Part shown: positions 13,253 to 26,058 of the stretch, one piece after another
Layout of the letters: each line of letters starts with the position of its first letter
Numbering within the stretch: the stretch's first letter is position 1
From: Podarcis muralis
Taxonomy: Eukaryota
DNA: 64,000 nt
NCBI RefSeq assembly: GCF_964188315.1
Contig: NC_135673.1
Span: 2,108,001 to 2,172,000, forward strand
Direction of reading: 5' to 3'
The notes under the pieces: model-generated
The model's input: only the letters and a program-made list of their open reading frames with translations
What the model was told of the DNA's origin: nothing
Database searches by the model: none
Position numbers and translations under genes: made by a program

Positions 13253-13319
13253 GATCCTTCTCTAAGTGACATTTTGTTTTCTCCATAGTTATTTACCTAC
13301 TTAATCTATATAGCTGCCC

Positions 13320-13510
13320 CTTAGCAGAAGTACTCTAGGAAGCCACCATGGTGTAGTGGTTATCGAGTGTCGGACCAGGACCTGGGAGATCAAATCCCCA
13401 CTCAAGTCATGACCTTGGGCCAGTCACAGCCTCTAAACCCACCTCACAGAGTTGTTGTATGAATTAACTGACGAGGGGGTGAACCATGTACTCCTTGCAG
13501 AATATGGTGG
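13320..13510 (+). mobile_element. MIR/CORE-like SINE; related copies at about 9640-9840 (-) and 29860-30060 (-)
   Basis: CATGGTGTAGTGGTT...GGACCTGGGAGA...AAATCCCCACTC...GACCTTGGGCCAGTCAC core, with an A-rich tail. Confidence 0.6.
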
Positions 13511-15046
13511 GATATAAATGCAATAAATAAGCTTTTCTGCTTACCTGCTTAAGAAAGCTGGAGAGGCTAGCCAGATGGAGATATCAGTTGCCAACCTGGC
13601 ATCCAAAGATCTCCATGTGGTCGCTACTGGACCTGCTCCAGTTGCAAAACTCACATGATGCCTGGCTGTGTGCAGCCTGTGGGTTCAAGGTTGAAGTACT
13701 CTTGAAACCCACTTTGGTATGAAAAGCTGGATTTCTGGTAACGCAAGAGCATAAGAGGCCTGCTGGAACAGGACAATGACCCCTTTAGTCCAGCATCCTG
13801 TTCTCACAGTAGCCAACCAGATGATTGTGGGAAACCCACAAGCAATCACAAAAGCACTCTTCCCTCCTGTGGTTTCCAGCAACTAGTGCCAGGATCAAAG
13901 CATGTTGGCAAGAGGCCCTTATTTTGCCGGGTGCTGTCAAGTCTTTCAACTCACTTCAACCCCTGATTAACACCCCCCCTCCAAATGTGTAGGCAAATGA
14001 GGGGTGAAAGCAAGCACAGAAGTGACTCTCCCAGAACAACGCATATTAAAAGATGTGCGCGCTCAATCAGACACCTCCCAGCCCGATCACTGCTCACATA
14101 ATGTAGGAAGCTGCATCATACAGAGACCAACTACTTGGCCACCTAGGAAAGTATTGTGAGAGGCAGGGTCTCTCAAGGGTCCGAGGCAGATCCTAACCCT
14201 TCTAACCAGAGATGCTGTCAGGGACTGGGCAATGGTCCCCCAGCCCCCAACATGTGCAAACACATACTCAAGTAAACTAAAGGAGGAGGCCGTGTGATTC
14301 TGAATACTGGCTGCCAGGAATCACATGTGGGGAGAGCTGCTGTCAGTGTTAGAAACTCAGGTACATAAGATATTCACCAGATGGCTCCTGAAACCTAGGT
14401 TACAGAGGCCACAACATAATTCAGTCACCCTTTCCATTTATTTTTTCGAAACACATGAACTAATACATAGTTCACATCAGCGACACATTGTTAATAAGAC
14501 ATTTTTAATAGCAATTCTTAACTGGGCACCACAAACGTAAATGGGGCTCAGCCCCTGCAATAGTGGTCAATAATTAATATTCACAGTTTTGACCACTGTT
14601 TACCACAGGTCTCATCCTTCCTCTGTGGTAGCCCATCACTTCTCCCATTCCAGCAATGCAACTTCTGCATCCTCCCAGTGAGAAGCCACAAGCGTGGAAC
14701 CAGCGTAAGCTCATGCCATGGATGTGCCCTGGAATTTCCAGCTGTGCTTGAGCATTGCAAGCTCTTTCCAGGCTCTACAACTTTAAGAAGGTAAAAAATA
14801 AAAACCAATCTCACCCTGTAATAATTACTCCCTTGGAAGAGGCATGGCAATAGGAAGTGAGTGTCAAGAGCGGCATTCAAGGCAGTGCTAGCATTTATGA
14901 TCAGAGCTCAAGCCTTGTTCAACAGCATTCCCAATGGTGATACGGCATTAAATGTGTTTACACATACACCAAAAAAGCCGCTGGTAAATTTTATATTTCC
15001 TAAGTTCATTGAGAAGAATGAATGGATGCCAACTGAAAACCCAATA

Positions 15047-15288
15047 CTGTGGTACCTCAGGTTACATACACTTCAGTTAACATACGCTTCAGGTTACAGA
15101 CTCCGCTAACCCAGAAATAGTGCTTCAGGTTAAGAACTTTGCTTCAGGATGAGAACAGAAATAGTGCTCCGGCAGCATGGCAGCAGCAAGAGGCCCCATT
15201 AGCTAAAGTGGTGCTTCAGGTTAAGAACAGTTTCAGGTTAAGTACGGACCTCCGGAATGAATTAAGTACTTAACCCGAGGTACCACTG
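15047..15288. mobile_element. Tc1/mariner-type MITE (C[A/T]GTGGTACCTC TIR family); sister copy 23030-23237
   Basis: TA-flanked, ends GAGGTACCACTG; internal CAGGTTAAGAAC repeats shared with the 23030 copy. Confidence 0.85.
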
Positions 15289-17159
15289 TATTAGGCATGC
15301 TTTGAAGTTTCAAAGCATTTCAGGTCAAATATTTATGGTGTATTGGGACAAAAAAAAACCCACAGGATACTCATTTGCTAAATACAAGTGAAATAAATAT
15401 GCTAAACTACATCACTGTATGGCATCAGAAAGTCTTCCAAGGCAAGTTGACAATTTTCCAATGTAAATTAACCTAATTTGCACAGATTCCCCACCCCCCT
15501 GCATACAATCCAACCCCCGCCCCAGAAAACCCACATCACTATTTTTCAACACTCACACTCTGTATTCCAGGGCATGTTTTCTATCTGCCCAGCATGGAGA
15601 GCCTTCTTTCCATGCACAGTTATGCACTTCTTCAGTGAAGTAAGAGAGGCCAAAACTATGAGAGGAAATCTAACAGGCTCCACGTGGCTTGGGCTTCCCC
15701 CACACTCATCTGAGGCTGCCCTGCTTCCCTTCAGCATCCAGACAGCAATCACTCAAACACAACAAACTCACTCAAATACCACAGCCAAGACAAGAAGAAA
15801 GATAAGGTTCAAAGCCATCCAAGTCATTAAGCACTGTATCTAACCTTGGCCTGTGATAAACACTCTAATGTAACACAGTGTGGAGTTCCAGATTAGATAA
15901 TTCCGTTTGGTAATTACTGTGACCTCGAATTGTTTTTCAAAAGCCTGCTCAAGAGCAGAGCTGGGCCAGGCCCCTACTTTTTAAACAGGGAACACAATAC
16001 CTTTGGGAAGAAGCCTATTCTTTAGACTCTGGAGCAGATGTAAACTAATTGGAGAAACAGGAAGCATCCAGGCACTGGGCTGGAGGAAATCATTCAGTGT
16101 CTTGCACCAAGCTCAATGTTGCCAGGGTTCCCAACAAACCACATCACATTGAAACAGTCTGCACGAAATCAGATGGGCTGCAAGCTTGGCTTTATCAGCC
16201 ACACCACGTAATCAACCAAACATTTAATAAACACAGTTCAAATACTGGAACAACAACACAGAAGAATTCTGGACACTCATGATCTGTGGCACTGGGACAA
16301 CACTCCCCAACCACTCAGCACCCCTTCCCTGGTAGGGTTCAGTGCACAGGGGGTTGGACTCGATGGCCCTTGTGGTCTCTTCCAACTCTATGATTCTATG
16401 AATATGGTCAGAAGCAGCAGCCAAGCCATGTAATTTAAACTGGGGAGAAGCAGTGCTCTAGAGAGAGCCACTGCAGGTACCTATACCTAAAAGAGGAACT
16501 GATTCATGTGAGCAGGCCATGCTTCATTCCCAGGCTGCACTCCTCACTGGCCTTCCTCAAATGCTTTCATCTGGCTGGAATGTGTGCTTCAGCTGTGATA
16601 ATCTCTCTTGCTTGCCTAGATGGAGTGATACGGTGTGAGAGGGTACGTGCGCACACACAAGCCTCTGGTTTCTGAATGGATGGAATATAACATACTGACC
16701 TCTGGCAGTGCCTGGTTTTCGTTCTGCCCATCACCACTGTGCCCACAAGGGAATGAAGCACTTTGACTGAAAAGTTATCCAGCCTGGCAATAGATCTTAG
16801 TTACAAAGTACTTAGCACCCACCTAATGCCCAGGTTTGCTTTCCTCCTCCTCCTCCTCCCCAAATGTTTTTCATTTTGTATCATGTCTTTTATACTGCAA
16901 GTCTGAAGGCAAAGACTTGTCTTATCACTGATCTTTGCAAGCCACCCTGGGAGCCCTTTTCAGTTGAAGAGCGGTGTAAAAATGTTTCGGATTAAAAAAA
17001 CGATTTAATTTGGGATTGCAGAAGCCAGTTCCAGCAAATAACTGCTGACAAATGGAACAGAGTGACCGTGCTGCGCAGATATACCTTCCCTTCTTCCCCC
17101 ATTCCCCCAATACTGAACTCCCGTCTCTGTCTGATCAGACTTGAACTACAGGCTCTTAC

Positions 17160-17309
17160 CTTCAGCCCTGTCTTTTCATCATCACTACCATTATTGGTGG
17201 ATGGTGTTTCATCCCCTTGCCTGGAAATCAAGACAAAATCTTCGCTGTTAAGAGTGGATACCGAGTCTGAAGACACACTGATTTTTCCAACAGAGGCCTT
17301 GTCATCCAT
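17160..17309 (-). CDS. RABGAP1: RABGAP1 first coding exon (exon 17160-17360, ATG at 17309)
   Basis: Translates MDDKASVGKISVSSDSVSTLNSEDFVLISRQGDETPSTNNGSDDEKTGLK, matching the recalled vertebrate RABGAP1 N-terminus. Acceptor tttttcAG at 17362-17361; donor AAG|GTAAGA at 17159; phase 0. Confidence 0.97.
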
Positions 17310-18811
17310 GACTTTAAAAAAAGGAAGCTTGACTCATGGATGGGCTTGTATTACAAGTACCTGAAAAACAAATAAAATAAGTATGTTTATTACTAAGCTG
17401 CTCCTAGAAAGTCATGCCTTGAGATGTCCTTAAATTCTGCACAGCTGCACAGTGTTAAGAACCCGCACACCTCAAGATGCTGTTGAGCCAAGTCACCACT
17501 TATCACTACAGTTTATTTATACACCACTTTTTCAGCCAAAAAGGCCCCCAAAGCAGCAAACAGCATGTTTTTATCCAAGTTAAAATAATTACATTAAATA
17601 CTATTTCCTTTTTATTGTTGGCGTATTTTTACGGTAAACTGTTCGGATATTTTCTATTATTTTATGTGGTTTAAAAATACAGCAAAATGCCACAAACCAG
17701 GGGTGGAAAGCCGATGGCCCTCCAGATGTTGTTGGCTCACCACTCCCATCATCCCTTCCCACTGGACCATGCTGAGTGGGGCTGGTGAACATCTGAAGGG
17801 CCCACAACTTCCCCACTACTGCCCTAAACCTTAAGAAATGGCCGCTGAAGCAGGAACTGGGGCAGAGGTTGGCACACTTCATCATTTCAACGCAAGGCAC
17901 TGACTCAGATCTTCCAAGGGGGCAGAGAGGGGAGAGGAATGCAGCCCACAAGGCCTTTCCTTATCTTTAGTTACAGTGCTGAAACCAAGACAGAGCTGAT
18001 GTCACCCACTTCACTGTCCCAACCTCCACATGGGTTTTTAATAAAGCACATTCCCAAGTTGCCCCCGCCATTCTGCTTGCTAAAAGAGAAATGGCCCCAT
18101 TCATCCTCATGCTAGAGATGGAATGCAGCTCCCTGGAATAACGCACTGCATGCAAAAAGTCCCAGGTTAGATTACTGGCATCTTCATCTATATCAGAGGA
18201 ACTTCAGACCAATAAGCCCCAAGTAGCCCTCAGGACTTGCTGCAGGCCACCACCCCTCACTGGCCCAGCTCCATGCCCTCTTCTCTTTCCTTGGCTAGAA
18301 CGCAACCTCTTCCTTGCATGGATGGTGGGTGAGAAGAGGCACTCAGGGCGTGTGTAGAAACTGCTGGCTTTTGTTTGATTGAAAACATAGCCACAAGGCC
18401 GGGGGGGGGGGCAGCAACACAAGAATGGGCCTTTTCTGCAGTGGCCCCCCATTTATGGAATGCTCTCCACAAGGAGGTTTGGCTGGAGGATTCATTATAC
18501 ACCTTTAGGCACCAGACAAAAACATTCCTCTTCAATAAGGCCTTTGGCTGATTGGCATTCGATGCCCTTTTAAATGTGTTGTGGGAGGGAGGATTTTTGG
18601 TTTGTTTTTGTTCTTATTTTTATTTATTTATCCCTCACTGCAAGAGTTAAAGGGAACCAGGCAGAGGGCCTTCTCGGCAGTGGACCCCCTCCCTGTGGAA
18701 CACCCTCCCTTCAGGTGTCAAACATATAAACAACAAAACTTTTAGAAGACATTTGAAGGCAGCCTTGTATCAGGAAGTTTTTAATGTTTGATGTTTTATT
18801 ATGTTTTTATA

Positions 18812-19746
18812 CAGTGGTACCTTGGTTCCCAAACTTAATCCGTTCTGGAATTCTGTTCCAAAACCAAAGTGCTCTAAAACCAAGGCACGCTTTCCCATAG
18901 AAAGTAATGCAAAATGGATTAATCCATTCCAGACTTTTAAAAACAACCCCTAAAACAGCAATTTAACATGAATTTTACTATCTAACGAGACCATTGATCC
19001 ATAAAATGAAAGCAATAATCAAAGTACTGTACTATAAAATAAATAAGACAGGGGCTTTTATCCCTTTCTGCAGTCACACAATCAATCAATCAGTAGCTGA
19101 AGTGGGTTCCCGCACAGTGGCCAAAACAAGTCACAAAAATGAAGTCACAAGCCACAGTCACAAGTTAGTCCCATAAAACGAAGAACAAGTCACAGTCACA
19201 AAAACGAAAAAGCCACACAAACAAAAATGCAAAAAATAGCGAAAACAAAAGCTCCAAATATCACCTCTATGTTGTGTGGGTGCTCAGGACTCAACAGCCG
19301 AGAGACTCAACAGGAAGCCTCTGTCTGGTTAGCAGCGGGGGACTCAGTTTACAAATGGAACACACTCAACAGGAAGCTGAACATGTTCAGCTTCCAAGGT
19401 GAAGTTCACAAACCGGAACATCTACTTCCGGGTTTGCAGCGTTCTATTTCCAAGTTGTTCATAAACTAAGGTAAAGGTACCCTTGACCATTAGGTCCAGT
19501 TGTGACCGATTCTGGGGTTGTGCGCTCATCTCACTTTATTGGCCGAGGGAGCCGGCGTGCAGCTTCCGGGTCATGTGGCCAGCAGGACTAAGCCACTTCT
19601 GGCGAACCAGAGCAGCGCACGGAAACACCGTTTTACCTTCCCGCCGGAGCGGTACCTATTTATCTACTTGCACTTTGACGTGCTTTCGAACTGCTAGATT
19701 GGCAGGAGTTCATATACTAAGCTGTTCTAAAACCAAGGTACCACTG
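18812..19746. mobile_element. Tc1/mariner-type non-autonomous element with nested SINE
   Basis: TA-CAGTGGTACCTTGG ... CCAAGGTACCACTG-TA. Confidence 0.85.
19471..19707 (-). mobile_element. 5'-truncated Sauria SINE nested in a MITE
   Basis: Same body and tail as the 11338 copy; 14-bp TSD with 1 mismatch GTTCATA(A/T)ACTAAG (19457-19470 / 19708-19721). Confidence 0.88.
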
Positions 19747-19916
19747 TATTTTGCTTGAAGCCATCCAGAGTAGCTCGGAAAACACAGCCAGATGGGTGGG
19801 GTATGATGATGATAATGATTTCTGTCTTTTGTGTTTTTTATATTGTAATTTTATGTTGGGAACCGTCCTGAAATCTATGGATGTTGGGCAGTATACAAAT
19901 TTTAATAATGATAATA

Positions 19917-20231
19917 CAGTGGTGCCTCGCAAGACGAAATTAATCCGTTCCGCGAGTCTCTTAGTCTTGCGGTTTTTTCGTCTTGCGAAGCATGGCTATT
20001 AGCGGCTTAGCAGCTATTAGCGGCTTAGCGGCTATTAACGGCTTAGCAGCTTAGCGGCTATTAACGGCTTAAAGAAAAAGGAAACAAACTCGCAAGAACT
20101 CGCAAGACGTTTCGTCTTGCGAAGCAAGCCCATAGGGAAATTCGTCTTGCGGAACGACTCAAAAAATGGAAAACCCTTTCGTCTAGCGAGTTTTTCGTCT
20201 TGCGAGGCATTCGTCTTGCGGGGCACCACTG
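19917..20231. mobile_element. Young Tc1/mariner-type MITE with internal TAGCGGCT-type repeats
   Basis: TIR CAGTGGTGCC(T/C)CGCAAGACGAA, TA-flanked, CpGs largely intact. Confidence 0.85.
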
Positions 20232-23200
20232 TAATAATAATACAAGGTTAGGATTCACATCTATTGATACACCAAATATTTGCCTCTGGCCACTGGCCAC
20301 CACTGGCGTGGCTTGTTCAGAAGTTTCTCCAATGAGGAAATAAGGTCCTCAAGCTGAAAAATGCTTCCCACCCCCAAGCTGAATGACCCAATAACGTGGC
20401 ACTGGAATGGCACTCCGCCCAAGGCCCTGGAAAGTAAACAGCACTGAGCTAGGTGGGCCATGTGACCCAGGACCCTGGACCCCTGCCCCACCACTTCTCT
20501 AAGCTGGGCTATCACTAGGGCTGAGCGATGCCTGGTGGTCAACACTGTGATACATCAGCAGCTAAGCATTGTGATATACCAATATAGCACAATGTCTGAA
20601 ATAAGGATGGAACTAGGTAGAAGCGAACAGGGTGATGTCCTGACAACTGCTACTACATAGGGGTGTAAAATTGATACATTTTTACTTACATTTAACATAT
20701 TTTTACAACTGTTTTGTTATAGTACAGAGCAACAGGGGCGGCAGGAATAATGAGAGGGGTGATGACCAGCTTCACCCTTTATCCCACATCACAATTTTTT
20801 TACTCTTTTTTTGCGATATATCTCCAAGTTGAATACAGTGGTACCTCTGGTTGCGAACAGGATCCGTTCCAGAGGCCCGTTCGCAACATGAGCAGAACGC
20901 AACCTGCACCTGCGTGTCTGGTGATTCGCTGCTTCTGCCCATGCACGTGATGTCATTTTGCGCATCTGCGCATGCGCAAGTGGTAAAACCCAGAAGTAAC
21001 CCTTTCCGGTTCTTCTGGGTCACTGCGGGACGCAACCAGAAAACGCTCAGCCTGAAGCAAACGCAACACGAGGTATTATGAAACTGTTATCACAATGTGG
21101 ACTTCAAACCAATTTTGGACAATGTATTGCTGCATCGCCCAGCCCTAGTTATCATGTGTCTCCCTCCAGCTTTATCAAAGGCAGAAGGGTGCTCAGAAGG
21201 GCTGCTTGGGAGATGTGATCTACCTGATTGACTCAGGCTTTCACTGATCAGAATGAGCCAGAAGACATGGCCTCCAGCTGCAGGGGAGCCTTTAAAGGCC
21301 AAGCTGCCATTGCATTTTGTTCCTAATCTCGCTGCTGGGAATCCAGTCCAGGTCTTCCATGCCAACAGGAAGCTTCACCATCCTCAGCTAAATGGACTAG
21401 CAATACCATGTTGAAGTAAATAGGCTACAGTTTATTGTGCATTATTCTGCTTGACCTGTTGCCTGCTTTTCCGTTATCTGTTATTTCTATTAAGAGATAT
21501 TTCTAATAAGAGATATTTCTAATAAAATTTCACAATTGGACGAGTGATTGCCGCCCTCAGGGTTTGGGATTCCAAAATGCACCTAGACTGCATTGGGTTC
21601 CACACTATTGGAAGTCTAAGACTAGAGTGGAATTTACCCTATTCTCAGAGAGAAGCAGAGGGATGGAGAGTGGGCCTTGTGCTCTGTGTAAATTGCACTG
21701 GTCCAGCATCCCAGGATTTAACAATTAATTGGCAGTTCCCAGTTTCCCTCCTTTGCTTTTGGGGTTGGTGGTGACAGCAACCACTGGGTCGGAAGGTCCA
21801 GCTGGCAGCACTGCAGGGCCGTTCTGCAGCAGCTAGGGAAGAAATGAGTTGTGAAAAGCTCTCCTGAGCATTCCACCTTCACCACAGGCCAAATGGCCTA
21901 ACCACACACCCCAGCACCTCCAGGTAGAGTTTGGAATATCCGTTGCTTGAAATTGCTGCTGCTGTTCAATGCAGACAATACACTGTGTATTGATGCATCA
22001 ATTGGCTGACACATTAGGCAGGCAGCGCTTCAAAAAACCAATACAAAATTGAGCTGGCACAACCGGCTCCTTCCTGCCTCTTTCAGACTTGGCCGTCTTC
22101 CACATTTAGGCAAAAATTCAAAAAAGGAGGGAAGGGAGTAATTACAGAAAATTGGGCAAACTAAGCTGGCATGTGGGGAGGGGGAAAGGCTTTCTCAGTT
22201 TGAGGGAGGGGGTCTCCATTGCTCCCTTCAAGTAGGAAGGCCCAGATCCAGGACCCTAGGCTCTCTCTTTTCAAAGAACTTCTTCCTGCTGTGGCCTCAC
22301 CTGGGGTTCATCCACTTCACAAACCTCTGGTTTCATTATCTAGGAACTCAGAAATGGGCAGGATTTTTCACTGCAGCTACTTCCACGGCTCAGCACACTT
22401 TGCATCCCATGCATACGTATTAAAAATCATCACAGTATTTCTGCAACACTTAAAAAGCTGAGGTCTGCTGCTCATGTAGTCCAAGGCACTCTGACTCCCA
22501 GAGGAATGTGAAAACGAGATTTTAAGCAAGACTACAAGAGTATACGCCAAATAATTAAGATAACTTCAGACCTCCCAGAAAAGTGGAGTTTGGCACAATC
22601 ACAGATGTAGTCCAAGACAAATTTAGTAAGAAAAAAAACTTGCAAGAGACAATTGCCATGTCTCTTCCTAAGAAGAGATAAACAAGTTATGGTATTTCCA
22701 GAGCACTCAGAGAGCTAAGGGTTGGGAGGGAGTCCAGTTTTCAGATGTTTTAACATTTAACTACATTTTCCTTCTTGGACAGAGAAAATCCGCTTGTCCT
22801 TTATTCACATACATGAATCAAATGGGAAAGGGAGGGGATGGGCCCCAGAAGTAGCCAGGGACATGCCTCGTCGCTGGCCGAATAAAAGCTTCATTTCCAT
22901 GTGTGTGAAGACATATATAAGGCACACATTCATATACAAACTTTGCCCCAAGAATAGTTCAATTCAGCAAGCTAAATGTATTCGCCTTTTCATTTTGCTC
23001 CTGCCTGCAACAGGGAGGGGCCAGGAGTACAGTGGTACCACGAGTTACAGACGCTTCAGGTTACAGACTCCGCCAACCCAGAAACAGTACTTTGGGTTAA
23101 GAACTTTACCTCAAGATGAGGTGGCGCAGCAGCAGCGGGAGGCCCCATTAGCTAAAGTGGTACCTCAGGTTAAGAACAGTTTCAGGTTAAGAACGGACCT

Positions 23201-23239
23201 CCGGAACGAATTAAGTACGTGACCAGAGGTACTACTGTA

Positions 23240-23483
23240 CAGTCATACCTCAGGTTGAGCGTGTTCGAATTGCGCTCCGCGGCAACCTGGAAGTAACGAA
23301 GCACATTACTTCCGGGTTTCGCCGCTCGCGCATGCGCAAATGCTCAAAATGACGTCACGCGCATGCACAGAAGCGGCAAAATGCGACTCACACATGCACA
23401 GATGCACCGTCACCTCTTACGTTCGCTTCAGGATGCGAACGGGACTCTGGAACGGATCCCGTTCGCATCCCGAGGTACCACTG
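23240..23483. mobile_element. MITE family with asymmetric ends (CAGTCATACCTC / GAGGTACCACTG); other copies 20836-21076, 29226-29478, 51310-51569, 52934-53185, 61019-61270
   Basis: About 240-260 bp, TA-flanked copies with clearly alignable internal sequence. Confidence 0.88.
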
Positions 23484-25798
23484 TACTCAACACTCCAGCT
23501 ACCTTACTGATAACAGACTTGCAGCTAATCCAAACCAAGAAAGCTAAACCAAATACAGCAGTTGTTCCTTAGAATAATTTCTGGAGGCTGACACAAGTTC
23601 AAAACTAGGGCAAACATCCACCCACACGATCTTGCACCCTCAGATAGCTGCACCCCAAAGAAAGGAGGTCTTCTCAAGAAAAACACCCTTCCTGTGCCCC
23701 TTCCAATAAATAACAAAGACAGAGGTCTAGATTTCATAGCACTGCATCAGCAAGAAGAAGCTGGTGATACCAAATTATTTTTATACCCCTTGAAGCTTGG
23801 GATTTCTCCCAAGCTCTTTGGAGACCACAAAAGAAGCAAGCAGCCAGAAGCAGCCAGCCAGATAAGACTATGGAACGCTGCCTTCTCCAAAGGTTCATGC
23901 TTTTGAGGTTTTTAATTCCTCTCCCCAGGCAGATTTTCTGATTTCAGCAGCTACGTAAAGGAGGAATAAAAACTGGTTCCTTGACAATTTGAGATATACC
24001 ACATTGGCAGGACCAGCAATCTGTCAGAAGGCACAATATCCAACAATAGCATTCCATCTATTAAAACCCAGGCCAGAGATCTTGACTCAAAGATTTTTCT
24101 GAGTCCTCCTTTAAAGGGAGAATACAAAAGGACAGACTGCATTTGGCCCACCAAGGCTCTCTCCCTCAACAAGTTTATTTTCTCAACAGCTGGCAAGACA
24201 GGTCATTGTTTCCACAGGTAGTTACACCATCTTTGGGACAGGTCATCTTCTGTGCCAATACCAATACATTTCAGCTTCAAAGGTAGGTCTAACATTTTTT
24301 GCATATACCATAGAAATATAATGCCTCTTCAACCCAGCAGTGAAGTCTGACCTAGCACAGTTGCAGCCATCCTTCAATGTGAGTAATCAGCACGATAGTT
24401 TCGTTCATTTTTATCCGAGAAAAGTGGCGCACCAAAGAAGCAGTAAAGCATCTTTTTTTATTAAATAAAAAATAAAAATAAAAGTTTGCTTTTCACATTG
24501 CCCAATCACCCTTCAGCTGGAGAATAAAGATTTCTTGCTGAACAAGAAAGAGGATCCACCACTCAATCTGAGAAGCCACAAACACACAAAGATTCTGTGC
24601 TAAGAATTCAGCCCCCAGAACCTTTGCAAGTCATTTTGAAAGGGGAAATGGCATGCTTCAGCCACCCAGGAGAGAAATTCAGATTTCCCTATCCAGCCTT
24701 GTAAGTAAACAACAACAATAAGCGATCATGCAGTTTTTGGCACATGCTGAAAACTTACCTGTTTACTGAGGCCTTTGCTATCAAGTATACCAGCCACTTG
24801 TCCGAACTATTCTAGTTAAACGGAGTCTTGAAACGCTGCTGGATTTATTATTTTATCTTTGTATTTTCAATGGATTCTACTGTAAGCCACCTTGAAATAT
24901 TCTTCATAATAGGCAAGATATTTATTTAATTTACTAGCTGGTTAGAGACTGCCCAAGAAGGGAGAACATCCCTCCTGCATTTCTCTGCTGGATGTGGAGA
25001 ACGGGGGGGGGGGGGGTCCTCACCTTCTTGCTTGCCATGCTAGATGTAAAAAGGGGCTTAACATCTCATCTTTCCTCTGCTAGTCCACTTACCCACCTGT
25101 ATAAAGCTCTGTGCTCTCTCAAAGGGAGCATATAAATACAAGGCTCACTCAATGGGAAACTAAGTACAAATACGGGCATTCAGACCAATTAGACTTTAAT
25201 CTTAAAATCTTGAGGATTAGTAAGTAGCCCAAGTGCTACTATTAGGCTCTCTTCCAACTTTTTTTGTTGGGGGAGGAGTCACTACATGGCCACAACAGTG
25301 TCATCGGCAACAGAAGATAGTGGCCAAATATGGTGGCAGTCAAAGATCCCAGAGAATTTGACATTCTCTTCTTAATGTGTATTCTAAGCCTCATGTTGAG
25401 AAGCAGAAAAATACATGGATATAACCTACATATATGACAATAAAACAAGCAGTTTTTGTGGGAGAGGGGTGTGTGATCATCATTGTTGCCATTTATTTAG
25501 ACAGTTCCACATACGTGCATAGCAGGGCTAATGGTAACTTCCAGATTTTGTGGACCACAACTCCTATCAGCATGTCCAATAGTCATGGATTATTAGAAAT
25601 GTAGTCCACCAACTTCTGGAGGGAACAAACTGGCTACCTCTGCTTGAGTGCAACAAAGATTATAGGTCCCTGTCCTGAAGACCTTGCAATTCTGTTCAAC
25701 TACTAAGATTCCATTTGGTTTCTGCAGGGAATGAGAACCGCAATGTCCTAAAGGGTTGTAGCACTACATAACTCAATACACAGCAATATATATAACTA

Positions 25799-26058
25799 CC
25801 GTATTTTTCGCTCTATAAGACGCACCAGACCACAAGACGCACCTAGTTTTTGGAGGAGGAAAACAAGGGGGGGAAATATTCTGAATCTCAGAAGCCAGAA
25901 CAGCAAGAGGGATTGCTGCGCAGTGAAAGCAGCGATCCCTCTTGCTGTTCTGGCTTCTGGGATAGCTGCGCAGCTTGCATTCGCTCCATAAGACGCACAC
26001 ACATTTCCCCTTACCTTTTAGGAGGGACAAAGTGAGTCTTATAGAACAAAAAATATGG
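25799..26058. mobile_element. pogo/Tigger-like MITE
   Basis: TIR CCGTATTTTTCGCTCTATAAGAC vs reverse complement CCATATTTTTTGTTCTATAAGAC, TA on both sides. Confidence 0.8.

Noticed and set aside
13545-13676. Possible 132-nt poison cassette exon in RABGAP1 (cAG ... CAG|GTAAGC, in-frame TGA)
   Set aside because: Weak acceptor tract, adjacent to repeats, and such donors are expected by chance; no support without RNA data.
15600-15645. Minus-strand CTGAAGA...GGAAA hammerhead-like string
   Set aside because: No AGCU-type helix III or helix I pairing; probably chance.
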